A stretch of 56,644 nucleotides of DNA from Microbacteriaceae bacterium (GTDB taxonomy: Bacteria; Actinomycetota; Actinomycetes; Actinomycetales; Microbacteriaceae), in assembly GCA_043779945.1 (NCBI GenBank), contig JAYWDH010000185.1, positions 1 through 56,644 of the forward strand, in the 5' to 3' direction. This document shows positions 28,356-37,648 of the stretch, in pieces. The notes beneath the pieces were generated by a model, which was given only the letters and a program-made list of their open reading frames with translations, was not told the origin of the DNA and did no database searches. A program made the translations under genes and the position numbers. Every line of letters starts with the position of its first letter. Position 1 is the stretch's first letter.

Positions 28356-29795
28356 TTAGGCGAGCACATCAAGGGCCGCGGCCCCCGAGCGCAGGACGGT
28401 GGGGTGGCTCGCGGAGAGCGGATTCGAGTCGCGGGCGAACACGGCAGGGATGGGCGTGTCTCGGCCGCCATCCCGGGAGGAGAAACCGCCGGGGCTATCG
28501 AAAGCCGACCGCCCGCCGGCCGAGCCGTCGGGGTTCGCCGCCAGGCTGAGAGAGGAGTTCATCCCCGCCTGCGAGAGATCGCGGCGCAGCTCGGGGAGCA
28601 TCGCGTCGAGCGCGCTCCGACCCTGTCCGGTCGGCGCGCTCAGTTCGATGCGGATGCCGTCGGCACCCACATGAGCGCGCACCGTAACCGGTCCCACTGC
28701 CTCCGGAGCGACGGTAAGCGTGAGCACGTGGGTTCCCGACTCTGCGCCGCGGAGGTTGAAGAGGGCTGGCGCCAGCTGCACGTTGAGCGGCGGGGTGACC
28801 GGCGCGGGAGGGGGGAGCAGAGCGGTCGCGGAGGGCGTTGGTGCGACGGGCGCGCCGACCGTCGACGTCGGGGTCAGGGTGATCCCGCCGGGCTGCGCGG
28901 GCTGCTCAGGCGAGCGGGCGCTGCCAACCTTGGGCTCAGAAGCCTTGGTGACTACTGCTGTGCCGGCGGAGGAGGCGGAGGCAAGGGCGGCAGAGGTGAC
29001 GGCTGCCGGAGCTTTGGCGAGGGCAGCGACCGGGATTGAGCTGGCGGCGAGCTGCACGGCGGCTGGCGATGCGACGGCGTCGGTGACCGCGACGAGAGCG
29101 GTGGCCGCAACCGCACCGATCCCGCCGGGAGCAGCCGGGGCAGTCGACAACGTCGACGCCTCAGTTTTGGAGACGTGAGAACCGGATCCGCCCGATCGGG
29201 ATTCCGTCGCCTCGAGCGACAGCGCCGAGACGAGTGAGCTGGTTGCCGCCGCGCTGGAGAGTGATGTGGCATCGAGACCGGGCGCGGAGCTCGGATCCAC
29301 GGCCCGTGGCGGGGAGTCGATCGCCTCGGCGAGGGTGAGGAGCGTCGCGGGGAACCCGGACGGGAGACCGGGTTCTGCATCCGGTGCCGCATCCGGTGCC
29401 GCGGCGTGCAGACGCTCGCGACGAACGCCGATGTGATCAGGAGTCGCGGTGCCGGTGGTGGTGGTGCCGGTGGTGGTCGCCGTAGCTGATGCCGCGCCAG
29501 CCAGCACAGCGCCGCCGGCGGAGGCGTCGCCGGCGATCGCTGCGACCGCGCTCTCTGGCGCTACCGCAGCGCTCTCATCGGTGGTCACGGGACTCGATGT
29601 GGTGTTTCCGGGTGTCACCGCTGCTGCCCTGCCCGAGGAGGAACCCGTCGTTGCGTCGTCCACGGGAGTGCTCGCGCTGGAACGGGCTGACCGCAGTTCC
29701 GTCGCGAATGCGTTCGGGTCGGCGGTCGTGGTCGTGCGGGCGACCGGTGGACTCACCAGCTCCAGTGGCCCCGATCCCACGGCGAGCGGCCTCAT
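28356..29795 (-). CDS. fliK: Hook-length control protein FliK
   Basis: Long Ala/Ser/Thr/Pro-rich region and C-terminal T3S4 domain (L.V.PE..G.V.V, L....PELR..L...G), ending LDVLA. Upstream of flgD. Confidence 0.85.
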   Translation of the reverse strand: MRPLAVGSGPLELVSPPVARTTTTADPNAFATELRSARSSASTPVDDATTGSSSGRAAAVTPGNTTSSPVTTDESAAVAPESAVAAIAGDASAGGAVLAGAASATATTTGTTTTGTATPDHIGVRRERLHAAAPDAAPDAEPGLPSGFPATLLTLAEAIDSPPRAVDPSSAPGLDATSLSSAAATSSLVSALSLEATESRSGGSGSHVSKTEASTLSTAPAAPGGIGAVAATALVAVTDAVASPAAVQLAASSIPVAALAKAPAAVTSAALASASSAGTAVVTKASEPKVGSARSPEQPAQPGGITLTPTSTVGAPVAPTPSATALLPPPAPVTPPLNVQLAPALFNLRGAESGTHVLTLTVAPEAVGPVTVRAHVGADGIRIELSAPTGQGRSALDAMLPELRRDLSQAGMNSSLSLAANPDGSAGGRSAFDSPGGFSSRDGGRDTPIPAVFARDSNPLSASHPTVLRSGAAALDVLA

Positions 29796-30703
29796 CCGCG
29801 CCCCTGTACGAGCATTGCCTGCACGGTGGCGAGCGTCTGCTCAGCGGTCCGCGACGACTCCGCCATGGTTGCCGTCCTGGTCGACGACATCGGGTCGGTC
29901 GACGCGCCCGCGGTCATGGCCGAGATCGCGGACTGCAGCGCCGGGCCTGCCGAGGTGCCCGACAGGCCGGCTGCCGAACCGGAGTTCGAGGCGCTCGACA
30001 CCAGTCCGAAGTCGGCCTGGATGAGCGCTCGCACGGTTGCGAGTGCTGCGGCCTGCACGGCCGCACTCGTGCCAGCGCTCGCCGTCGCGGCGGACGCTAA
30101 TGCCGATGCGGCATCCGTCGACCCGGCGCCGGGAACGATCCGACGGATTGTCTCGATGCCGGAGTCGCCGACCCACAGCTTTTGGTCCGAGACGACGCGT
30201 CCCGGATACGGCGCGTGCATCACTCGACCGTTGCCCTCGTAGATGGCGATGTGGTCGCCGCCGCGGAAGACGATGAGATCCCCCGGCTGCGCCTGTGCGA
30301 GGGATGGGACGGCGGTCCCCATCAGCTTCTGCTGGTGAACGAGCCGCGGCAACGTGATGCCGAGATCGCCGTAGCTTTTCTGGACAAGGGCGGAGCAGTC
30401 GATACCGCTCGTGCTCTCGCCGCCGAGTACATAGCGCACGCCGAGGTACTTTTTGGAGTCTGCGACCACCTGTGCCCCGGTGACCACACCGCTCGTTACC
30501 GCGCTCGCGGCCGAAGTTACCGACGCCGAGCGGGAGCCCAGTACGCCGTCCGCCGGTGCGGAAGAGAGCATGGCGAGCACCCGCTCAAAGGAGTCGAGCG
30601 TGGAACGGTCGGATGCCCCGGCTGCGGCCACGCCGCCGGGGAACATGGCGGTGAGATTCGCCTGCACCTGCTGGAGCGTTCTTAGAACGGCGATTGACGT
30701 CAT
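29792..30703 (-). CDS. NlpC/P60 (C40) peptidoglycan endopeptidase inside the flagellar operon
   Basis: YLG..Y..GG, catalytic DCS, LPR, PGDL..F, HIAIY.G, H-A. ATGA-coupled to fliJ and fliK. Confidence 0.88.
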   Translation of the reverse strand: MTSIAVLRTLQQVQANLTAMFPGGVAAAGASDRSTLDSFERVLAMLSSAPADGVLGSRSASVTSAASAVTSGVVTGAQVVADSKKYLGVRYVLGGESTSGIDCSALVQKSYGDLGITLPRLVHQQKLMGTAVPSLAQAQPGDLIVFRGGDHIAIYEGNGRVMHAPYPGRVVSDQKLWVGDSGIETIRRIVPGAGSTDAASALASAATASAGTSAAVQAAALATVRALIQADFGLVSSASNSGSAAGLSGTSAGPALQSAISAMTAGASTDPMSSTRTATMAESSRTAEQTLATVQAMLVQGRG

Positions 30704-31131
30704 GGGATCACCCGCCTTCCGCTCGGGTTGAATGGTCGCGAGGAGATCTCGTCGAGAGCGTTCTGCTCGCGTCGCAGCTCGTTCGTGAGCTCTGCCTCGT
30801 CGTGTCGCGCCTCGAGTTTCTCGAGCGCGATCGTCTGCGCGCGGCGCTCAGCCAGCTGGGCTGCTGCCTCGCCCACCCGACGGTCCATCTCATCCGCAAG
30901 CGCAGCGAGGTCGCCCAGAGTGCTGGACGATGCGGCACGGGCCGCGGCAGTCCAGCGCAACTCGTCAGAACTGGTGCCGTCTGACATCAGCGCCGCGAGC
31001 GAGTTCTGGGCGAAGTGTCGGCGGCTGGCGACCTCGGCGGCGCGGGCGCGCGAGATCGAGGTCTCTGCCGCGGCGCGATCCTCTTGGAGTCGTCGCAGTC
31101 GCAGGAGCGCGGCGAGTGAGAAGGGAGCCAT
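30700..31131 (-). CDS. fliJ: Flagellar export chaperone FliJ
   Basis: F.LA.LLRLR...E, LEKL, EQ..LDE. Directly after fliI. Confidence 0.85.
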   Translation of the reverse strand: MAPFSLAALLRLRRLQEDRAAAETSISRARAAEVASRRHFAQNSLAALMSDGTSSDELRWTAAARAASSSTLGDLAALADEMDRRVGEAAAQLAERRAQTIALEKLEARHDEAELTNELRREQNALDEISSRPFNPSGRRVIP

Positions 31132-32480
31132 CAGACGACTCCCAGTTTCTGGACGAGGCTGGCGAGCGCCGTCCACGACGTCTCAGCGGCCGAGCGCTCG
31201 TCCATGCTTTGGGTGAGGAACTCGGCGATCCGAGCCTGGTGATCCACCGCAGCATCCACGAGCGGATTCGCGCCACGCTGGTAGGCGCCGACGTCGAGAA
31301 GGTCCTGGGCCGCTGCGCGTGCCGCCATCACTCGGCGCAGCGTGAGCGCGCAATCACGCTGCTCCGGGGTCGTGACTCGGGATGAGACGCGCGACACCGA
31401 GGCGAGCGCGTCGATGGCTGGAAAATGGCCGGAGACCGCGAGCTTGCGATCGAGCACCACGTGCCCGTCGAGGATCGATCGCACGGCATCCGCGATTGGC
31501 TCGTTGTGGTCGTCTCCGTCGACAAGCACCGTGTATAAACCGGTCACCGACCCGACAGGGCCGGTTCCGGCGCGCTCGAGCAGCCGGGCCAGCAGTCCAA
31601 AAACCGAGGGCGGATACCCGCGGGTGGCTGGCGGTTCGCCGATCGACAGTCCCACCTCGCGTTGCGCGTGCGCGACTCGGGTGACCGAGTCCATCATGAG
31701 CATCACGTGCGCCTCGCTCTCGCGGAACGAGTCGGCGATTCTGGTCGCGGTGAACGCGGCGCGCACCCGCATCAGCGCCGGCTGGTCGGCGGTCGACACG
31801 ACCACGACCGAGCGCGCGAGGCCCTCGGGGCCGAGGTCGTCCTCGAGGAACTCGCGCACTTCGCGTCCGCGCTCGCCGATCAGGGCGATCACCGAGACTT
31901 CCGCGGCGGTGCCGCGCGCGATCATCGACAGCAGAGACGATTTGCCCACTCCGGATCCGGCGAAGAGTCCCATGCGCTGGCCGCGGCCGATCGTCGTAAG
32001 GGTGTCGAGTGCGCGCACGCCCACCGACAGCGGCTGGTCGATCCGTGCACGCAACATTGACGACGGCGCCTCGTGATCGAGCTGGACTCTCGTGATCCCC
32101 TTCAGCGGACCCTTGCCGTCGAGAGGGTCCCCCGCGGCATCGATCACCCGGCCCAGCAATCCGAGGCCAACGGGAACGGACATCGACTGCCCGGTGGTGC
32201 GCACCTCAGTGCCGGCAGTCACCGACTTGAGGGGGTCGAGCGGCATCGCCGTCACCGCGTCACGGGCGACTGCGACGACTTCGGCGCGTGTACCCGAACG
32301 GCGATCGCTGGTCGCGCGGTCGCCGTCACCGATGATCAGGAGGTCTCCGATCGCGGCCGGGATACCGGTGACGCGGATGCCGAGCCCCACCACCGAGTCG
32401 ACGGCTCCGACTCGCTCCGGGCGAGCGGCCGTCAGCACGCGATCGAGGTGGCGTGGCCGGTACGGCAGAGTGGCCGTCAT
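31131..32480 (-). CDS. fliI: Flagellar export ATPase FliI
   Basis: Walker A AGSGVGKS, LIGERGREV, MDSVTR.A.AQRE, GEPP..RGYP, GDD.NEP.AD, DGH.VL. Confidence 0.96.
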   Translation of the reverse strand: MTATLPYRPRHLDRVLTAARPERVGAVDSVVGLGIRVTGIPAAIGDLLIIGDGDRATSDRRSGTRAEVVAVARDAVTAMPLDPLKSVTAGTEVRTTGQSMSVPVGLGLLGRVIDAAGDPLDGKGPLKGITRVQLDHEAPSSMLRARIDQPLSVGVRALDTLTTIGRGQRMGLFAGSGVGKSSLLSMIARGTAAEVSVIALIGERGREVREFLEDDLGPEGLARSVVVVSTADQPALMRVRAAFTATRIADSFRESEAHVMLMMDSVTRVAHAQREVGLSIGEPPATRGYPPSVFGLLARLLERAGTGPVGSVTGLYTVLVDGDDHNEPIADAVRSILDGHVVLDRKLAVSGHFPAIDALASVSRVSSRVTTPEQRDCALTLRRVMAARAAAQDLLDVGAYQRGANPLVDAAVDHQARIAEFLTQSMDERSAAETSWTALASLVQKLGVV

Positions 32481-33082
32481 CGGGCGGCCGCTAGTTCCGC
32501 GCGAGCACGCTCGAGTGCGGAGCCGATCCGGGCGTCGATGCGACCTTCGGCCATCTCCACCACGGCGTCTCCTGGCGACAAAGTGGTATCGGCGACGAAC
32601 CGCAGTTCAGGGGCCGCGATCCCGTGAGCGTTGATCACGGCGAGGTCAGCGGGACTGAGCCGCACGGCCGTGATCGACGCCTCGTCGGCGCTCGAGAGCA
32701 CGCGCGCGATGGCGGCCCGGGCCGAGCACGATTCGTCATCCAACTCGTGACCGATGATCAACTCCGCCAGTTCGACCGCGGCAGCGAGCAGCGCGTCGTC
32801 GGCTTCGTCCAGTACTGACACCGACGACGCGTCGAACCGCTGGGCCGCGGCCCGGAGAGCGCCCACGGCCGCTGCCAGCGCGGTCGCGGCATCCTTCCGC
32901 AGGGCATCGCGCTCGATGCGGGTCTGCGCGGCATCGACAGCCGCCAGTGCCTCTGCCGCGCGCAGGCCTTCGGCGAACCCGGCCGCGTGCCCGCGGATTC
33001 TTGCGCGCGCCGTCTCCTCCTCTAGTCCCGCCGTGGCGATGGTCGGGTAACGAAGCTCGGAGAAGGCGATGTCAGTTGACAT
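32477..33082 (-). CDS. fliH: Flagellar assembly protein FliH
   Basis: AxxxG(xxxG) repeats 'ARIRGHAAGFAEGL', V.L.P.D, D..L..GD..V....G.IDA. Confidence 0.85.
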   Translation of the reverse strand: MSTDIAFSELRYPTIATAGLEEETARARIRGHAAGFAEGLRAAEALAAVDAAQTRIERDALRKDAATALAAAVGALRAAAQRFDASSVSVLDEADDALLAAAVELAELIIGHELDDESCSARAAIARVLSSADEASITAVRLSPADLAVINAHGIAAPELRFVADTTLSPGDAVVEMAEGRIDARIGSALERARAELAAAR

Positions 33083-34103
33083 ATTCGTCCTCGTCTTCCT
33101 CGTTTTCTCCTCTTTGTAAGGAGATGGTGCCCTCGGCTTCGAGCTCGCGGATCGTTCGGGCGATCTCGGCTCGGGCCTCGTCCACTTGCTTCTTGCGCAC
33201 GCGGCCGAGGTTCTGCAGTTCATCGTCGAGCGACTCCCGGTTGCGTTCAGAAATGTTGTCCCGCACTGTCGTTGATAGTTCTGGTGTTGCGCCTTTGAGC
33301 GCGATCGCGAGCAGGGCGGCGTCGATCCCGCGAAGCACCTGCTGAACGTCTTTCGCGCCGAGACGGATCAGGTCGGCGAAAGTGATCATGCGCGACCGCA
33401 CCTCTTCGGCGAGCTGCGGATCCCGCGCATCCAGCGCCTCGAGCAGGTCGTGCTCTGTCGCAACGTCGGCGCGGTTGATGATGTCGACGAGTGGCTGTAC
33501 GCCCCCCACCACCTCGGCTCGCCGACGCGGGGTCACGACGGCCCGCGCGGAACGGCGCAGGCTGTCGGCCACGATGCTGACCGCCTCCGGGGTCGCCGTG
33601 CGCATCCCGGCGATCGCTTCGGCGACGTCGAGCTGCACGGCCGAGTCAAAGTTGGCCAGCACCTGCGACGCCTTGCTCGGGGACAGATGCGCGAGCACTA
33701 GAGCCTTCGTCTCTGCTAGTTCGTTGCCCAGCAGGTTGGAGATCTGGTGCGGGTCGGCCGCGTCGAGAAACTCGAAAGAAGTCCCTGCCATGGTCGCCGA
33801 GACGCGGTCGAGGAAGCCAGCGGCGCGCTCGGCGCCATAGGAGGCGTTGAGAAGCTCCTCCGCGAACTCGAGCCCGCCGCGGGCGCGAGCCGCTGACATC
33901 CGGGTGTGAGCGTAGAACTCTTCGACGGCGTAGTCCACCATCGAGGCGTCCACCTTCTGCAGTCGCACGATCTCGCCGATGATCTCGTCCGCTTCGCTCT
34001 CCGAGAGGAGGCGCATCACTTCCGCCGCATTCTCCCGCGACATTTGCATGATGACCAGTGCGGCCTTCTGGATGCCGGTCAGAGTGGTCGTTGGCTCGGT
34101 CAT
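33072..34103 (-). CDS. fliG: Flagellar rotor protein FliG
   Basis: G.QKAA, GG..FA..LL, F.FL, GG....DIIN, F.DL, ALKGA, N.SER, V..A...I....R.LE..G.I. Confidence 0.94.
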   Translation of the reverse strand: MTEPTTTLTGIQKAALVIMQMSRENAAEVMRLLSESEADEIIGEIVRLQKVDASMVDYAVEEFYAHTRMSAARARGGLEFAEELLNASYGAERAAGFLDRVSATMAGTSFEFLDAADPHQISNLLGNELAETKALVLAHLSPSKASQVLANFDSAVQLDVAEAIAGMRTATPEAVSIVADSLRRSARAVVTPRRRAEVVGGVQPLVDIINRADVATEHDLLEALDARDPQLAEEVRSRMITFADLIRLGAKDVQQVLRGIDAALLAIALKGATPELSTTVRDNISERNRESLDDELQNLGRVRKKQVDEARAEIARTIRELEAEGTISLQRGENEEDEDEYVN

Positions 34104-35722
34104 ACGGGCTGCTTGTCATCCATGAACGACCTGAGGTAGTCTGCGGTGCGCTGCGGGTCGGTGGCTGAGAGGCGGTCCACGCTCGCGCGCATCTGGGAGC
34201 GTTCGGGCTGCTCGGCGAGTGACTCCAACGGCAGCGGACCGCCCGCCGGGGGCTGCGGACCGCCCGTGATCCCCGGATACTCGGACAGGTCGATCTGCGG
34301 GTCTGCGTCGGGCAGTGTCCTGGCATTGAGCGGACCGATGTCGATGGGAGAAGCCTCGCGGCGCTTCGACGCGGTCGAGAGGAAGCGGAACAGTAAGAAC
34401 AGTCCAAGCACCACACCGAGCACGGTCAAGCCGGTGGTCGCAATCTTCACGATATTTTGCTGCGTGTCTTCGCCGCTCTGGGAGGCGATCGCCGCGTTCG
34501 CCTGGACGGCCCCCGTCTTGCTGAATGGCAACAGCTGCACCTCCACCTGGTCGCCTCGCTTGATGTCAACTCCGGCCGCACCGCTGACCAGCTTCTGGAT
34601 GCTCGACGCCGAGATCCCGGACGCAGCCGCCTTGTTTACGGCGATTGAGATCGTCTGTCGCGTAATCGATCCCGCCGGAATCGTGGTGGTCTCGGTTGTC
34701 TGGTCTATCGCGTTGTTCTTGGTAGTCGACGTCGTGTAGCTGCTGCTGGCGCCCGGGGTCGTGGCCCCGGTCGGCACTGCGATGTTGTCGGGGCCCAGGA
34801 CCCCGGTCGCGCCAGACGATGAACGCCCGGAACCGTTGTCGACGGTCGTGCTGTTCTGCTCGTTGAGCGCAGGCGAGTTGGTCGGAACGGCGTAGGTCTG
34901 CGTGACGCGTTGCGCTGAGTCCTTCGACAGGTCCGCGGCGACGACCACGGTCGAGTTGCCAGCCCCGAGGACTCGGTCGAGCATCGCCTGCACGCTGGCC
35001 TGCGTGCTCGACTGGTAGCTGGAGGCCGAACCCGCGTCGCTGCCAGTGGCCGCACCCGACCCCGAAAGAAGGGTGCCGTCGGCCGAGACCACAGACACGT
35101 CGGCCGGCTTCAGGTTGTCGACGGATGCCGCGACCAGGTGGACGATCGCCGCCACCTGAGAGGTGTTGAGGCTCGTATTGCCCTGGGTTCGGACGAAAAC
35201 GGATGCTGTAGTCGGCACCTGCTCTGAAGTGAACACCGTCTGGTCAGGGATGGCCAGCTTGACCGAGGCAGTCTGCACGCCTCGCATCGCCTCAATGGTG
35301 GTGGCCAGCTCACCCTGGAGGGCACGTTGATATGTCGTGGTCTGCTGGAACGCGGACGCCGTAACTCCGAGGCTGTTCAGCAGCCCGTATCCGTCGTTAC
35401 TCAGGCCTGGCAGGCCGGCTGACGCAGCTTTCAGGCGTTCAGAGTCGACATCCTGCTGAGGGACGAGGATCGTGTTGCCGCCGTCGGCGAGCTGGTACGG
35501 CACGCCATCGGCGTGGAGCAACGTGGTGATCGAACCCGCGTCGCTCGGCGACAGGCTGGTGAACAACGGCGAGTAGCTCGGCCGGCTGAGCCAGGCGGTC
35601 AGACCGGCACCGCCGACCAGAAGCACGGCGAGGCCGATGATCGCGATGGTGCGCTGCCCGACCGTGAACTCGCGGAGTGTGTGGGTGAGGCGGTGGAGGG
35701 TCGCCGTCAATGCTGGGGGCAT
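34100..35722 (-). CDS. fliF: Flagellar MS-ring protein FliF
   Basis: TM1, Y.PLF..L, G.PY, GY.LL, YQRAL.GEL..TI, V.LAIP, TASV, HLVA.SV, TM2, DP...A..LR..M. Confidence 0.92.
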   Translation of the reverse strand: MPPALTATLHRLTHTLREFTVGQRTIAIIGLAVLLVGGAGLTAWLSRPSYSPLFTSLSPSDAGSITTLLHADGVPYQLADGGNTILVPQQDVDSERLKAASAGLPGLSNDGYGLLNSLGVTASAFQQTTTYQRALQGELATTIEAMRGVQTASVKLAIPDQTVFTSEQVPTTASVFVRTQGNTSLNTSQVAAIVHLVAASVDNLKPADVSVVSADGTLLSGSGAATGSDAGSASSYQSSTQASVQAMLDRVLGAGNSTVVVAADLSKDSAQRVTQTYAVPTNSPALNEQNSTTVDNGSGRSSSGATGVLGPDNIAVPTGATTPGASSSYTTSTTKNNAIDQTTETTTIPAGSITRQTISIAVNKAAASGISASSIQKLVSGAAGVDIKRGDQVEVQLLPFSKTGAVQANAAIASQSGEDTQQNIVKIATTGLTVLGVVLGLFLLFRFLSTASKRREASPIDIGPLNARTLPDADPQIDLSEYPGITGGPQPPAGGPLPLESLAEQPERSQMRASVDRLSATDPQRTADYLRSFMDDKQPV

Positions 35723-36033
35723 CAGGCGCTCATGTTCGTGATGCTGTTGAATGCGTCGATTGCGCGGTTGCGCACGGCCGAGACGAGCTGCACCTCGACC
35801 TGTGCCCGGGTCGAGGCGATGGTGGCCTGCGCGATGTCGGTCGAGGTGCCGGTGACGGCCTGGATGTTGAGCTGGTTGGCGGTGGCCTGCGTGGACTGCA
35901 CCGAGTTGAGCGCATTCATCAGGGCCGAGCCGAACGAGCTGCCGCCGTCTGCGGACGCGGTGGCGGCCGTCGAGGTGATCGGCTGACCGCCGGAGGCGCC
36001 CGCGATGGAGGAGACAGAGGGGATGGACATCAT
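35722..36033 (-). CDS. fliE: Flagellar hook-basal body protein FliE
   Basis: F...L..AL.SV...Q, G...D, VRN.AIDAFN.I..M. Confidence 0.9.
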   Translation of the reverse strand: MMSIPSVSSIAGASGGQPITSTAATASADGGSSFGSALMNALNSVQSTQATANQLNIQAVTGTSTDIAQATIASTRAQVEVQLVSAVRNRAIDAFNSITNMSA

Positions 36034-36425
36034 GCGCCCTTTCCGATAGCGAGTGCTGCTTGGTATGTGGTTTGCGCGGATGACACAACCTTGGCGTTCG
36101 CCTCGTATGCCCGCTGTGCCATGATCAACTGGCCCATCTGGTCGCCGAGGTCGATGTTGGGTGTGCGCACGTTGCCCTGTGCGTCGGCGAGGGGATTGTT
36201 TGGGTCGCTCTTGACGATGCCGGTCGCGTCGCCGAGCACGGTGCCTTTGATAAACACGCCCGAGGTTCCTGCGCCCGCCTGCGCCACCACGTAGCGAGCT
36301 TGGAAGGCGGGACCGCTGGTCGCGGTTACGTCGTTCATGTTGGCGATGTTGTCCGAGATGGCATTGAGCCACTGCCGGTTGACGTCGAGCCCCGAACCGG
36401 CGATCCCGATGGTGTTCATGCTCAT
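36030..36425 (-). CDS. flgC: Proximal rod protein FlgC
   Basis: IAGSGL, ISDNIAN, DP..P.AD..G.V..PN.D, AQRAYEAN. Confidence 0.93.
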   Translation of the reverse strand: MSMNTIGIAGSGLDVNRQWLNAISDNIANMNDVTATSGPAFQARYVVAQAGAGTSGVFIKGTVLGDATGIVKSDPNNPLADAQGNVRTPNIDLGDQMGQLIMAQRAYEANAKVVSSAQTTYQAALAIGKGA

Positions 36426-36426
36426 A

Positions 36427-36768
36427 TCAGTTGACGTTCAGTGCGGGGACGATGGAGGTGAGTTCCTGGCCGATCGCCTGACTCGCGAACTGGTATTGGA
36501 GCACCGTATTCGCGTTGGTGATGTCCTCGGTGTCGAGGTTCACGTTGTTGCCGTCGGTCTGGGTCGGCTCAAGCGACAGGCCGGTGGTGGGAGCGACGAT
36601 TCCGCTCCCCGCTTTGACGGATGCCGCGAGGGCGGACTCGAAGGAGACCTTCTGAGAGCGGTAGTTCGGCGTGTTGATGTTGGCGATGTTGTTCGCCGTC
36701 GCCGCCTGCCGCGCTGAGAGACCGGCCAGCGCACTGGAGAGTGCATTGATGGAGACAGATTCGAGCAT
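36427..36768 (-). CDS. flgB: Proximal rod protein FlgB
   Basis: RQ...ANNIAN.NTPNY, V.FE, DGNNV.LD.E, Y. Confidence 0.92.
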   Translation of the reverse strand: MLESVSINALSSALAGLSARQAATANNIANINTPNYRSQKVSFESALAASVKAGSGIVAPTTGLSLEPTQTDGNNVNLDTEDITNANTVLQYQFASQAIGQELTSIVPALNVN

Positions 36769-36807
36769 CGGGACCTGACTTTCGCGCAAGGTCGGACAAG
36801 GAAAGGC

Positions 36808-36846
36808 GGCCGATCCCTGGCCTTACTGCATCGAGCGATCCTGCTC
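36808..36846 (-). promoter_or_regulatory. Two GGA-loop mini-hairpins (putative CsrA sites) in the flgB leader
   Basis: mRNA sense: GAGC-AGGAUC-GCUC and GGCC-AGGGAUC-GGCC. Confidence 0.55.
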
Positions 36847-36855
36847 TATAGAGAG

Positions 36856-36883
36856 CTATCGGTCACGAGCGCACCGTCGTAAG
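36856..36883 (-). promoter_or_regulatory. sigma28-type promoter of the flgB...flgE operon
   Basis: Minus strand CTTAC-N15-ACCGATAG. Confidence 0.7.
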
Positions 36884-36918
36884 CAAATGTGCCTGAGCTT
36901 TTCGAGGTCACGCGCAGT

Positions 36919-37236
36919 TCAGCTGACGCGGTCGAGGTACACCGGGTGCACGTCGGCTCCGCCGCGGACGCTCCGCAGCATCTCGAGGTGTTCGCCGACC
37001 AGGCGCTTGGTGGACTGGATGCGAGTGAACGCCTCCTCGTAGTCGACGAGTACGCGGTGAGCGCGCACGACGAGGCTTTCCGGTACCGGTCCGACGGGTC
37101 CAATCGAGGCGCGGATGTCGTCCATGTTCCAGATGCCAGAGGAGGTCGTGCCGAGTCCAAGTCCCTCTGCAGATCGCGTGAGCTGACGATCGAACTCGTC
37201 GAGCAGGGCGACCCATCGATCCAGTAGCTCAGCCAA
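36919..37236 (-). CDS. Small helical protein after fliS, probable FliT-like chaperone
   Basis: TTG start overlapping the fliS stop, 'W.ALLD.F', 'GP.P.....RA', C-terminal PVYLD. Occupies the fliT position. Confidence 0.6.
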   Translation of the reverse strand: MAELLDRWVALLDEFDRQLTRSAEGLGLGTTSSGIWNMDDIRASIGPVGPVPESLVVRAHRVLVDYEEAFTRIQSTKRLVGEHLEMLRSVRGGADVHPVYLDRVS

Positions 37237-37648
37237 CGGCGGACAGCCGAGCAGGAGTTGGCTCGGTGAGGTGGGCTGCGTGGGCGTCGTGCCACGCGAT
37301 GCGGAGCGGCTCGAGCAGCTCGATCGCTTCGAGTGTCGGCTCGATGTCACGCCAGGCGTTGCCGATGCGCAGGATGCCGAGCACGTAGTGATAAAGCGAC
37401 AGGAGAGCGGGGCCGCCGGTCCACATCTCAGGCTTCAGGGTGGCGGCGAGTTCGGCGAGGATATCCTGCGCGTGGATGATGTGGCGGCTCGCCACCAGCC
37501 AGTCGCCGGCAGCCTGGCACTGCTCTGCCCACTGCAGGTCGAGCAGGAGCCGGTCATAGAACATGGTGAGCACTTGCGCTGGCGAGGCGGAGGTGATCGA
37601 GTCGCGCAGGTATGTGGCGCGCGCGCTGGACCCGGAAGAGATCGACAT
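37229..37648 (-). CDS. fliS: Flagellin chaperone FliS
   Basis: Y....I.SASP.Q.L.M.YD, AQDI..EL...L, L.SLY.Y, L..AW. Confidence 0.92.
   Translation of the reverse strand: MSISSGSSARATYLRDSITSASPAQVLTMFYDRLLLDLQWAEQCQAAGDWLVASRHIIHAQDILAELAATLKPEMWTGGPALLSLYHYVLGILRIGNAWRDIEPTLEAIELLEPLRIAWHDAHAAHLTEPTPARLSAVG

Noticed and set aside
26687-28471. Apparent long N-terminal extensions on FlgE, FliF (to 36088), FliE, FliH, FlhA, HemB, LldD, DDN and the alpha/beta hydrolase in the ORF track
   Set aside because: The extensions overlap upstream genes in other frames. Family-typical starts with an RBS or stop-start overlap lie downstream, so these are not fusions.
17509-35722. Non-flagellar (injectisome) type III secretion system
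   Set aside because: Flagellin, hook, cap, MotAB, FliG/M/N and FliA are all present, so this is a flagellum.
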